Numbered from the stretch's first letter, positions 1-10,180 are shown. The stretch is 44,211 bases of DNA from Octopus sinensis (GCF_006345805.1 NW_021835081.1:1-44211); one strand, 5' to 3'. Translations and numbers: made by a program. The notes: generated by a model from the letters alone, not told the origin.

Positions 1-79
1 GTGGAAACACTAAGAAATCACTCCAGTGTATTCGTGTATCCCAGGATGACTTTGTGACGACGATCAGTTCTTTCAAACG

Positions 80-325
80 GTGACGATGACAAGGAAGAGA
101 GTAAGAAGGAGAAGGAGAAGGAGAAGAAGGAGAGGGGAGAGGAATAAGAAAAAGGAATAAGAAAAAGAAAAGGAAATGAATACAAAGGAGGAAGAGGAAG
201 GAGAGGGGAGAGAGGTGGTAAGGGGAGAAAGGGGAGGAAGAGGAAATATAGAAGGTAGAAGGGGAAGGGGAGGAGAAAGTGGGAAGAGGAATGACAAGGA
301 AGAGGAGGAGGAGAAGGAGGTGGAG
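80..325. repeat. Purine-rich (GA) low-complexity tract
   Basis: Almost exclusively G/A runs (gaagga, gaggaa); produces the spurious ORFs 73..468 and 176..496. Confidence 0.85.
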
Positions 326-491
326 GTTAGTATCGAATGTACTCTTGATGAATCAATCAAATACAATCCTACAATAAACAAAACTGTCGAATTTGTGCAA
401 AAGTTACAGATTGTTATTGTCGAACTGGCAGAATCGTTTCCACGCCAGACAAAAATGCTCAGCAGCATTTCATATATACATATATATATAA

Positions 492-492
492 C

Positions 493-532
<40 letters not shown>

Positions 533-743
533 TAACAATAATAATAATAATGATAATAATAATAATAATGATAATAATAATAATAATGATAACAATAACA
601 TTAACAATAACAATAACAATAATAATAATAATAATAATAATAATATATAGAATAATAATAATAAAAGAAGAAGAAGAAAAGAAGAAGAAGAAGAAGAAGA
701 AGAAGAAGAAGAAGAAGAAGAAGAAGAAAGAAGAATAAAGAAG
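492..743. repeat. Compound (AAT)n/(AAC) then (GAA)n microsatellite
   Basis: Directly visible trinucleotide runs. Confidence 0.95.
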
Positions 744-810
744 AAAAGAAGGAAAATGCACACTGTTTACATAGTTTTAATATATTTTATAAGTGAAAGA
801 GTATTTTGTT

Positions 811-843
811 TGTCGACCGGTTTCGCCTTCGCTAATCATGACA
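811..843 (-). ncRNA. Minimal type I hammerhead ribozyme, A3-U8 variant (twin of 991-1023)
   Basis: tgtcgaccggtttcgccttcgctaatcatgaca is the exact reverse complement of 991-1023. Confidence 0.7.
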
Positions 844-990
844 TTGAATTATGATAATTTCGTATTTTCTAAGAACATTTTAGTCCATGTTGTGTATGGG
901 TATTTGAGAATAAAAATTTTATTCACAAACTCCCATACACAACATGGACTAAAATCTTCTTAAGAAAATACGAAATTATCATAATTTCAA

Positions 991-1023
991 TGTCATGATT
1001 AGCGAAGGCGAAACCGGTCGACA
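991..1023 (+). ncRNA. Minimal type I hammerhead ribozyme, A3-U8 core variant
   Basis: tgtc-ATGATTA-gc gaag gc-GAAA-c cg g-TC-gaca: stem I tgtc/gaca, 2-bp stem II, palindromic stem III ACCGGT, GUC cleavage triplet. Confidence 0.7.
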
Positions 1024-1147
1024 AACAAAATACTCTTTCACTTATAAAATATATTAAAACTATGTAAACAGTGTGCACTTTCCTTCTTTTATTATACACA
1101 CACACACACACACACACACACCACACACACACACACATATTGTATAG

Positions 1148-1825
1148 AAAATTGTCTAATATTTGGGCATGTAAACTCATGACGGGAAAAATGGGTATTA
1201 GTACACGTGGAATTCACCCTATACATTTTGTCTTGGTGATAAGCATGCTGACCGTTCACACTAAGATATCGATCCAGTGTTTTCTCTCTTAGATTTAGGA
1301 ACGATGATTTCCATAGCGGTAAGTTGTAAACGTATGAAGGCGGCCAACTGGCAGAAACGTTAGCACGCCGGGCGAAATGCGTAGCCGTATTTCGTCTGCC
1401 GTTACGTTCTGAGTTCAAATTCCGCCGAGGTCCACTTTGTCTTTCATCCTTTCGGGGCCGATAAATTAAGTACCAGTTACGCACTGGGGTCGATATAATC
1501 GACTTAATCCGTCTGTCTGACCTTGTCTGTCTCCTCTGTGTTTAGCCCCTTGTGGGTAGTAAAGAAATAGCTAAGTTGTAAACGTGTGTGTATTCCGCGT
1601 AAGTTAAGAAAGACGATGACAAGTGAAAATTTTGTAAAAATGATATCACTATGAAAATGAAAATCATAGTTACTAAATGTAAGGGGGAAATGAATGGATA
1701 TGATCATGTAATCGGTTGGCACATAGTTATCGGTGGGAAAAGACGTGTGGGTTTGATGCCCACGTGCACTAATACCGATTTTCCGTTGTAGGTTTATATA
1801 TACATAACATTAGATTAGATTATTT
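1148..1825. repeat. Unclassified element with ~70-bp imperfect inverted repeats, interrupted by a SINE
   Basis: acgggaaaaatgggtattagtacacgtgg (~1182-1210) versus ccacgtgcactaataccgattttccgtt (~1761-1788); similarity extends to ~1148 and ~1825. Confidence 0.5.
1337..1570 (+). mobile_element. tRNA-derived SINE, family A monomer with 14-bp TSD
   Basis: Head ggcggccaactggcagaaacg (A box), gagttcaaattcc (B box), core tttcatcctttcgggg..gataaattaagtacc, tail ccccttgtgggtagtaaagaaatag. TSD taagttgtaaacgt at 1320-1333 and 1572-1585. Confidence 0.9.
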
Positions 1826-1934
1826 TTCATTACTAATATATACGGTGAAAACTTATAAATATATTCACAAAATTTTCTCTGACCCCCGATTCATATATAG
1901 AATACGCGCGTTTACACACCACTACATATATCTA

Positions 1935-1946
1935 TGTATGTATATA

Positions 1947-1990
<44 letters not shown>

Positions 1991-2004
1991 ATATATATAA
2001 TATA

Positions 2005-2065
<61 letters not shown>

Positions 2066-2219
2066 ATTCTCTCTCTTTCTTCTGAAAGAGTAAGATCCGA
2101 AACGGTAGAAGTCTTCTCTTTCCATTACAATCTTAACCTAACACCATATTTGTCAATCAGTTTATTCCTGTGCTGGTCTTCCTCCTGTTTATTGTATTTA
2201 CACTACGTGTGCATGTGTG

Positions 2220-2257
<38 letters not shown>

Positions 2258-2345
2258 ACAAATTAATAAATAAAACATATGCATATATACATACATATAT
2301 GTACGTACCTACATCTACATGTATATATACATGCATATATGGGTA
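1935..2345. repeat. (TA)n microsatellites enclosing a ~150-bp pLTR-like fragment with a degenerate HHR (2078-2111, +)
   Basis: cttc-TGAAAGA-gtaagatcc-GAAAC-g-GTA-gaag: GAAAC, GUA and stem I cttc/gaag are present, but the core/stem II has deletions. Confidence 0.5.
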
Positions 2346-2349
2346 CAGG

Positions 2350-2995
2350 ACACCAAAAAAACGTCGACCACAATGAAAAACGAAAACATAAACACAAAAC
2401 CAAGGAAATGAACATTTTTCTTAAACAACGGCAAAATAGAGTACAGGACATATAACACAAGGAAAATGCCTCTTCTTCAGTCGCCTCTGTTTCATCTACT
2501 CCGCGTTTCGAAGGTCAAGGCGAGACACGACTTTGGTGAAACATTCCTTCCGGCAAAAAGCAAATTAAATAAAATTTGAGATTTTTTTGCAGAGGGGTAA
2601 AAATGGTAACAAAAACAGGACAGTAAAGACAGTACAATTATAAACAGTAAAAGACAGGGTAAGGAGAATAACAGTAACACAAACAATGAGGGCTGTTAAG
2701 CCAAACGAGAGAAAATATTACGAACGCTTGTTGAGAACGGCAGAGAGAGACATAGAAAAGCCGTCTACGCTCAGGGGAAGCGAGGTCAGAAAGTAGTTTT
2801 CTCGTCGCTGGTCAACGACGGGACAGAGGAAGAGTAAGAGAGACGGGGTGAGGAAGGGAATGGTTGTAGAGAAAACCAGAAAAAATGAAGAATGAGACAG
2901 AGAGAGGGAGAGAGACAATAAGGTAGAAGAAAAGGAAACCAGAAAGAATGAAGGCTGAGAAAGGGAGGGGGACAGAAAGGTTAAGAGTGCGCATC
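2350..2995 (-). repeat. Unclassified interspersed repeat with a pyrimidine-rich tract (minus) between (TA)n runs
   Basis: Non-tandem sequence bounded by TA runs; composition similar to PLE 3' regions; no valid HHR found. Confidence 0.3.
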
Positions 2996-3009
2996 ATTAC
3001 GCAAAAAGC

Positions 3010-3044
<35 letters not shown>

Positions 3045-3109
3045 AGATATATTTAGATATCGGTTTCAAATTTAGTCACAAGGCCAGCAATTTTGGGGAG
3101 GAGATAATT

Positions 3110-3285
3110 TATGTTAGCAAATAATATATTAAACATTTTCTAAAATATACTTTTGTGCATTTTCCAACTTTATTTACTTTTGTTACCATAATTAATATAT
3201 GAATAATATATAGTCTACTGATTAATTTTTCTACACGCTAGGCCACTGGTAGTAAAAATTTCTAAAACTTTTCTTACCCTGATAT
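3110..3285 (+). mobile_element. PLE pseudo-LTR-like fragments (related to 4263-4337 and 19812-19900, opposite strand)
   Basis: ttttctaaaatatacttttgtgcattttccaactttatttac matches the reverse complement of ~4263-4337; ctacacgctaggccactggtag matches the reverse complement of ~19840-19870. Confidence 0.7.
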
Positions 3286-3362
3286 ATATAGACACACATA
3301 TATACATATATATATATGCAAATATACGTGTACACCACACACACATATATATATATAATATA

Positions 3363-3423
<61 letters not shown>

Positions 3424-3452
3424 AAGGAGGTTTTATAATTGTGTATAGAAGA

Positions 3453-3771
3453 ATATATTACTCAAAGGAATTCCAACTCTTGTTTTTGTTTTATTTATAT
3501 TCTTATAATATAAATATAGGATATAGAATATACAGTATATAGTAAGAAGGAAATGAAATGAAGTATTGTCTTATTGAACAAAAGAAATATTGAAAATTAA
3601 ATATTAAATATTAAATTTTAATTTTCAATATTTCATTTGTTGAATAAGACAATCAATACTTCATTTCATATCTTTCTTACTATATACTGTATATTCTATA
3701 TCCTATATTAATATTATAAGAATATAAATAAAACATAAAAAACGGAGTTGGAATTTCTTTGAGTAATATAT
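3453..3771. repeat. ~320-bp AT-rich fold-back palindrome
   Basis: atatattactcaaaggaattccaactc... versus ...gagttggaatttctttgagtaatatat, centre ~3609, small indels between the arms; TA tracts on both sides. Confidence 0.85.
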
Positions 3772-3789
3772 ATATGTATGTATATACAT

Positions 3790-4155
3790 ACATTATCGCA
3801 ATGGGCTCCTTGAGAGCGGTCAGCTAAAAGTTTTTTGTGCATTTTAATGTCGACATAAGTTTCCTTGATTTTCCTGAAGAGAAATCTGCATAATGTACTC
3901 CTTATTCCTTCGGAATTAGGAATATGCAGCCTTCGAAACATATGTCGAGAATAAAGGATATTTGTTAACTAGTCGTTCAACTCCATTCTTTCATATACTT
4001 ATAATTTTAAAATAAACATACAAATTTCGCACGAAGACACGTATTCTATGCCCTAGGACGTAGCTTAACCGTGTTCTTTCTGATGTGAATTTGGTACCCA
4101 GGTGGTATCGGTTATCTTCGAATTATCCTTAATAAGAAATTCATCAATACTTATA
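3790..4155 (+). mobile_element. ORF-less PLE pseudo-LTR-like element hosting the 3862-3958 HHR
   Basis: Bounded by (TA)n on both sides; the HHR lies ~70 nt from its 5' edge. Confidence 0.6.
3862..3958 (+). ncRNA. Type I hammerhead ribozyme, canonical core, extended stem II
   Basis: Stem I tccttgattttc/gagaataaagga (11 of 12 pairs incl. one G-U); CTGAAGA 3874-3880; stem II gaa/ttc plus ctgcata/tatgcag; GAAAC-ATAT-GTC with palindromic ACATATGT; cleavage predicted after C3946. Confidence 0.8.
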
Positions 4156-4349
4156 TACTATAATATATATATATATATATATCTATATATAGATATATAT
4201 ATATATTATATATATATATATATTAATAGTTGAAAAGAATGAAGACTCCATAAAAATCAAAAAATTATGGTTAAAAAAAGTAAATAAAGTTGAAAAATGC
4301 ACAAAAGTATATTTTAGAAAATGTTTATTATATTTGTTACAGTGAATGA

Positions 4350-4398
4350 TTTAAAATATAACCGGTTTCGCTGCATCCATCTTATCAAATACTATAAA
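4350..4398 (-). ncRNA. Minimal type I hammerhead ribozyme, U3-A8 variant, GUU site
   Basis: Minus strand: tttatagtat-TTGATAA-gatg gatg cagc-GAAAC-cg-GTT-atattttaaa; palindromic ACCGGT; one mismatch in stem II. Confidence 0.55.
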
Positions 4399-4508
4399 GA
4401 ATTTGCAGGGGAGGAAGTCAAAGAGAAAAAAATTAGGGGTAACAGTTTCAGCCCCTGTTTTACTGCAGAGTGAGATTCTACTTTAGAGTCTCGTCTTATG
4501 TGTTATAT

Positions 4509-4742
4509 TCTTTTAATTGTTTGAGTCATTTTGACTGCGGCCATGTTGGAGCACTGCCTTCAGTCGAACAAATCGACCCCAGGACTTATTCTATCGGGTC
4601 TCTTTTTTCCGAGCCGCTACGCTACGGGGACGTAAACACACCAACATCGGCTGTCAAGCGATGGTTGGGACCAAACACAAAGAAACAAACATACACACAC
4701 ACATATATATCTTTGTGCGTGTGTATCTTTGTGCATGTGTTT

Positions 4743-4797
<55 letters not shown>

Positions 4798-4982
4798 ATA
4801 TATATATATATATTTATACATACGACGGGCTTCTTTCAGTTTCCAGTTACCAAATCCACTCACAAAGCTTTGGTTGGCCCGAGGCTATAGTAGAAAACAC
4901 TTGCCCAAGGTACCACGCATTGGGACTGAACCCGGAACCATGTGGTTGGTATGCAAGCTACTTAAAAACACAGTCACGCCTG
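4509..4982 (-). mobile_element. tRNA-derived SINE, family B, with internal (TA)/(TG) microsatellite
   Basis: Minus head ggcgtgactgtgt..aagtagcttgc..ggttccgggttcagtccc, ccttgggcaagtg, gaaactgaaagaagcccgtcgta, microsatellite, then 3' body ending gactcaaacaattaaaaga; homologous to 21280-21744 and 41590-42135. Confidence 0.85.
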
Positions 4983-5244
4983 TGAAAGTTTTGTCTATAT
5001 TACACATACATTTTACGTATAGACATACATACATACTTACATACATACATTTACATACAGGCTAAAGATTTGGTTTCTATTTCTAGCAGATGAAGTAGTC
5101 TGCAAAGAGGACTCCTTTGTTGGATCGTGTTTGTGTGAGTGTCTATAAGTGTTTTGTTTGCGTGTGTGTTGTGTAAACTTTCCGTGTGTGAGAGGTGGGG
5201 TGGAGGGCGCAGGGGTGAGAATAAAGTAAAAGTGACAAACGTAC

Positions 5245-5311
5245 AGACGTAATTAAATAACGTTTGATCACGTGACTCCATACTGGCGCCAATTTCCACC
5301 GCCGCCATTTT
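5245..5311 (-). promoter_or_regulatory. Candidate promoter / first coding exon (MAAVEIGASMESRDQTLFNYV...)
   Basis: GC-richer unique island: YY1-type AAAATGGCGG overlapping an ATG at 5308, E-box tcacgtgac (5268-5276), tggcgcca, possible donor ct/GTACGT at 5244. No protein recognised. Confidence 0.2.
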
Positions 5312-5509
5312 CCACTATGACGGTGAACATGGTTCATAGAGGAGAGTGATTGGTGCCAGGGAAAGAAATATGTAATAAACCAGTATTTACATCTTTTCCA
5401 ACAAACACATAACAAGATAAATATCTGCATATATAAGCATGTCTTGGAGGTGGAAATTCCTCATGAAAACCGTACCTTCCAGCAACCCGCCTCTCTATAG
5501 CTCTCTTTT

Positions 5510-5520
5510 TCGTGTTTTTC

Positions 5521-5551
<31 letters not shown>

Positions 5552-5644
5552 CATGTATATATATATGTATATATAATATATATATATATACACATACATA
5601 CATACATATATAACATACATACATAATATTATATATATAATATC

Positions 5645-5679
<35 letters not shown>

Positions 5680-5783
5680 GTTATATATGTATGTATGTAT
5701 ATATATAAATATATATATATATATACATATATAATATGTGTATATGTATATATATATATATATATGTATTATGTATGTATGTA

Positions 5784-5826
<43 letters not shown>

Positions 5827-6750
5827 ATGTTTTAGTGTATGCATGTAAACACATATATATGTTTATATATTCATCTATTACAAACATACATACACACACA
5901 CACATATATATATGCATGTATGTATATATATGTATATACATATATATATATACATACATACATACATACATACATACATAAATACAATCAATATATTTAT
6001 GTGTGTATCCGTATCCTTGCATGTGTATATGTTTGAATTTGTATGTGTGTACATTTATGTGTGTATACAATATATATTTCTCTGTGTGCGCGCGCGACCG
6101 TATGTGATCGCGCATGTGTGTGTGTGTGTATCTGTGTGCGCGCGCGCTGTGTGCGTATGGAGGAGGACGAGTATTAGATATCAGACTCTGTGTGTATGTA
6201 TTATGTCTTAATGTAACCAAGAACTGGAAAAGCCTATCCAAACCTCACGCATAAAACAGAACGTGTCGTCACACTTACGATGTGATATGTTGTGTATAAG
6301 AATACGTTTCTAAGATATTGTTTACTCTATGTATATAATAGTGTATACATGATGTGTGTGTTTATGTATATAATTTTATGTGTGTATATATATATATATA
6401 TATATCTATGTCTGTTTTATATATGTGTACATGTATGTCTGTATAAAAGTATGTTTGTATATGTTTTTTGGTTTTTCTGTATGTGTGTGTATACTTGTGT
6501 TAGTGTGTATAAATGTGCGTGTATGTGTTTGAATGTTTGCTTGTGTGCGTATATTTATTAGTGCTTGTATGCATACAGGTATATCTGTATGCCTTTATAT
6601 ATGTGTCCGTGTGTGTGAGTTGTGTATATAAATGAGTTGTGTATATGAGTATATTTGTACGTGCTGTATGTGTATAATATATTTATATATATGCTTGTAT
6701 GTATATTTATATGTATATTGTACATATATATATATATATTATATATATAA
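5510..6750. repeat. (GA)n, (TA)n, (TG)n, (ATAC)n compound microsatellite field
   Basis: Directly visible; interrupted by short unique bits (~6180-6300). Confidence 0.85.
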
Positions 6751-6977
6751 TGAAAATATTAAATAACTAAGTCTCTCTAAAAGAGAACAGCGGCAGCGTT
6801 CCCGGAAAATAATAGTTATCGCCATACTAATATGGCATTCTTATAAAAATAAGAAAAAAGCTGTCCGCTTATTAGCTCCATGAGGCCATCGCCTTAAGTT
6901 AGCTATTTGATACACAAACTGTATCCATATAACCTTCGAACAAGGGAGGTCAGTCGCTCCACACTACTTGACCGGCA

Positions 6978-7018
6978 GCTACAGACGCGTTTCGGAGTAT
7001 TGCCCTTTTCAATGCAGC
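6978..7018 (-). ncRNA. Minimal type I HHR, U3-A8 variant (array copy 1; one G missing in stem II)
   Basis: Minus strand: gctgca-TTGAAAA-ggg caata ctcc-GAAAC-gc-GTC-tgtagc. Confidence 0.65.
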
Positions 7019-7329
7019 GTAGCCAGCCAGTAGGTGTCGCTTCCGACAATCTCTGTCGATGGTTTTATTTACCTAGTTTCGGTGGAATACATCCACTTGT
7101 TTTCAATAAAGAAATATTAAAATAACTAAGTCTCTCTAAAAGAGAACAGCGGCAGCGTTCCCGGAAAATAATAGTTATCGCCATACTAATATGGATTCTT
7201 ATAAAAAATAAGAAAAAAGCTGTCCGCTTATTAGCTCCATGAGGCCATCGCCTTAAGTTAGCTATTGTACCACTGTATCCATATAACCTCGAACAAGGGA
7301 GGTCAGTCGCTCCACACTACTTGACGGCA

Positions 7330-7371
7330 GCTACAGACGCGTTTCGGAGTATTGCCCCTTTTCAATGCAGC
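7330..7371 (-). ncRNA. Minimal type I HHR, U3-A8 variant (array copy 2, intact)
   Basis: Minus strand: gctgca-TTGAAAA-gggg caata ctcc-GAAAC-gc-GTC-tgtagc; stem I 6 bp, stem II 4 bp, palindromic ACGCGT. Confidence 0.75.
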
Positions 7372-7685
7372 GTAGCCAGCCAGTAGGTGTCGCTTCCGAC
7401 AATCTCTGTCGATGGTTTTATTTACCTAGTTTCGGTGGAATACATCCACTTGTTTCAATAATAGAAATATTAAATAACTAAGTCTCTCTAAAAGAGAACA
7501 TCGGCAGCGTTCCCGGAAAATAATAGTTATCGCCATACATATGGCATTCTTATAAAAATAAGAAAAAAGCTGTCCGCTTATTAGCTCCATGAGGCCATCG
7601 CCTTAAGTTAGCTATTTGATACACAAACTGTTCCATATAACCTTCGAAACAGGGAGGTCAGTCGCTCCACACTACTTGACCGGCA

Positions 7686-7721
7686 GCTACAGACGCGTTT
7701 CGGAGTATTGCCCCCTTTCAA
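7686..7721 (-). ncRNA. HHR copy 3, 5' strand of stem I replaced by the fold-back junction
   Basis: TTGAAAA core and the rest of the motif are intact on minus; the mirror copy on plus (7717-7752) reads TTCAAAA, i.e. G5 is lost. Confidence 0.55.
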
Positions 7722-7920
7722 AAGGGGCAATACTCCGAAACGCGTCTGTAGCTGCCGGTCAGTAGTGTGGAGCGACTGACCTCCCTTGTTCGAAGGTTAT
7801 ATGGATACAGTTTGTGTATCAAATAGCTAACTTAAGGCGATGGCCTCATGGAGCTAATAAGCGGACAGCTTTTTTCTTATTTTTATAAGAATGCCATATT
7901 AGTATGGCGATAACTATTAT

Positions 7921-8285
7921 ATTATATATATATAATATATATATATATATATACATACATATATATATGTAAACAAAGGATATATGCATACATACACACA
8001 CACATATATATATATATATACATACATATATATATATATATATATTTATATATGTATATATCCAATGCTATATATATATATTCATACATATTTATATGTA
8101 CATATGTATACATACACATGTGTATGTATTTTTTTTATATAAACGTATGTGTGTCTGCTTGATTGTATGTTTATATGTATGTATGTATGTATGCATGCAT
8201 GCATGTATGTATGTATGTATGTATGTATGTACGTATGTATGTATTTATGTATGTATGTATGCATGCATATGTATGTATCTGAGTA
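7921..8285. repeat. (TA)n / (ATGT)n microsatellites
   Basis: Directly visible. Confidence 0.9.
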
Positions 8286-8521
8286 TCCGTGTTCATTCGA
8301 TTATATAAATAGAAACATGAACTACTCAACACTCCCTCATGCTTGCTTTACTTCAATGCCACTCCGACATCCCTCAAACTCACTCTAGCGTTTCTCTAAA
8401 CCCATTCTAATGCTGTTCCTACACCACTATGACACTGCATGAACGATACTCTAACTCCACTAAAACACCACTCTAACAAAGGATTTCGTGACAGGAGAAA
8501 TGATTGCAATTTCACTGTTTG

Positions 8522-8677
8522 TGTGTGGCTGTGTGATAAGAAGCTTGCTTCCCAACCACTTGGTCCTAGGTTCAGCCTCACTGCATGGCACCATGGACAA
8601 ATGTCTTTTACTATAGCCTCGGGCTGAATAAAGCCTTGTGAGTGGATGTGATAGACGGAAATCGAAAGAGTTCTGCC

Positions 8678-8728
<51 letters not shown>

Positions 8729-8732
8729 TGGG

Positions 8733-8790
<58 letters not shown>

Positions 8791-9000
8791 TAAGTGAGCC
8801 TTTGAGCCTGCGTTGTCCCCTACCTCCGCTTTACAACCGGTGTTGGTATGTTTACGTCTCCGTAACTTAGTAGTTCGAAACAAAGACTGATAGAATAAGT
8901 ACTAAATCCTAGGGCCGATTTGTTCGACTAAAATCCTTTCAAGATGGTTCTCCAGCATGACCACAGTCAGATGACTGAAAGAAGTAAAAGATAAAAAGAT
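8522..9000 (+). mobile_element. SINE family B (diverged) with internal (TA)(GA)(GATA) microsatellite
   Basis: gtggctgtgtgataagaagcttgcttcccaacc..ggttcagcc head; 3' body caaccggtgttggtatgtttacgtc..gactgaaagaagtaaaagataaaaga. Confidence 0.8.
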
Positions 9001-9469
9001 GGATTGATAGATAGATACATACATACATACATACACACATAGACACACACATACATGTGTGCGTGTGTGTGTGTGTATGTGTGTGTGTGTTGTGTGTGTG
9101 TGTGTGCGTATGTGTGTGTGTGTGTGTGTGAAGTACATAACTGGATTCGAAATCAAGCAGAACTCACGGGAAGCACTCCAGCTGAGGAACTATCAGGTCA
9201 TACAGTAATTAAATTATGAAGTAATTTAACGTGACTAGGTAATTGAAAATCAAGGATATGCATGCAGTTATTTTTCCACGGTGAAGTATATGTTGAGAAG
9301 AAAACAGTCAAGAGATTTGAGAAGTAAAAGAAGATTTAATATTTGCTTGTATTTACAGCTGTTTCGTAATTCACTCCATGTTTCATTATTAATAATGCAT
9401 ACGCATTTAACGATGTAACCTGGAATAAATTATGAAACAGCTGCAACCAATATTAAATCTTTGTGTGTG

Positions 9470-9885
9470 TGTGCGTGTGTACATGTGTGTATGTGTACGT
9501 ATAATATATATATATATATATATATTTGTGTGTGTGTGTGTATGTGTGTGTGTGTGTGTGTGTGTGCGTGTGTGTATGTAGAATATTTTGCTAAACTAAC
9601 GATTGTAGATTAAATATTTCAATTATTCTCAGAATTAACTTTGAATTTTTCATTGTATATTGCCAGACATTGGATTCTTTTGAAGAAGCCTCCAGTTGGA
9701 ATGTACATGCATATATAAAACACCCTCACCACCCCCCACACACTTACGCATATCCATACATACATGCGTACATACATACATACATACATACATACATACA
9801 TACATACACACATACATACATACATACATACATACATACATACATACATACATACATACATACAGACAGACAGACAGACAGACAC
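9470..9885. repeat. (TG)n, (TA)n, (ACAT)n, (ACAG)n microsatellites
   Basis: Directly visible, with a unique insert at ~9590-9720. Confidence 0.85.
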
Positions 9886-10180
9886 ATATAATAGGCTTCA
9901 TACAGTTCCGCATACCGAATCTTTCACGACGTGTGTTTTATTGGTGGAATCCCCACTTTCATTTTTTCTAGAAGAGGGAATGCAGTGGCGCTGCTGAGAG
10001 AGGTGAAAGGATGAAAGGGAAAGAAAGAAAATATTGTAAAGCCAGATAGATCATACAGATCACTGATAACGAAGCACTCTAGTGTGTTAATTTAAATTTC
10101 CTAAAGTAATTACGGTGTTTTTTTATTATTCTTATTACTCTACATGTATTTTGGTTTCCCGTAAATGCTTAGTGATAAGC

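Larger units (their letters stand above)
744..1090. mobile_element. Fold-back (near-perfect ~345-bp palindrome) PLE pseudo-LTR-like element carrying an HHR in each arm
   Basis: 744-915 is the reverse complement of 917-1090 with few mismatches and no real spacer (centre tttgagaataaaa/attttattcacaaa). Flanked by (GAA)n and (CA)n. Confidence 0.8.
6753..7920 (-). mobile_element. Tandem array of ~355-bp HHR-bearing units (2.7 copies) plus a 200-bp inverted copy; PLE pLTR/retrozyme-like
   Basis: Units start ~6753, 7111, 7464 (marker gtctctctaa at 6771, 7130, 7482); 7720-7920 is the reverse complement of 7518-7718 with centre C7719; (TA)n on both flanks. Confidence 0.85.

Noticed and set aside
2470-2560. 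CTGAAGA and GAAACGCG words on the minus strand
   Set aside because: Order and spacing do not fit any HHR topology, and no U16.1 or stem I pairing.
4070-4140. Second HHR-like string CTGATGT-gaa..ttc-GAAT
   Set aside because: A9 and A15.1 are wrong and stems I/III do not pair convincingly.
5065-5170. Possible plus-strand exon after ttctatttctag (DEVVCKEDSFVGSCLCECL*)
   Set aside because: No convincing donor, early stop and no recognisable protein.
6753-7920. Possible CRISPR array or satellite
   Set aside because: Units are ~355 bp with no unique spacers, and the context is eukaryotic; better explained as an HHR-bearing tandem element.
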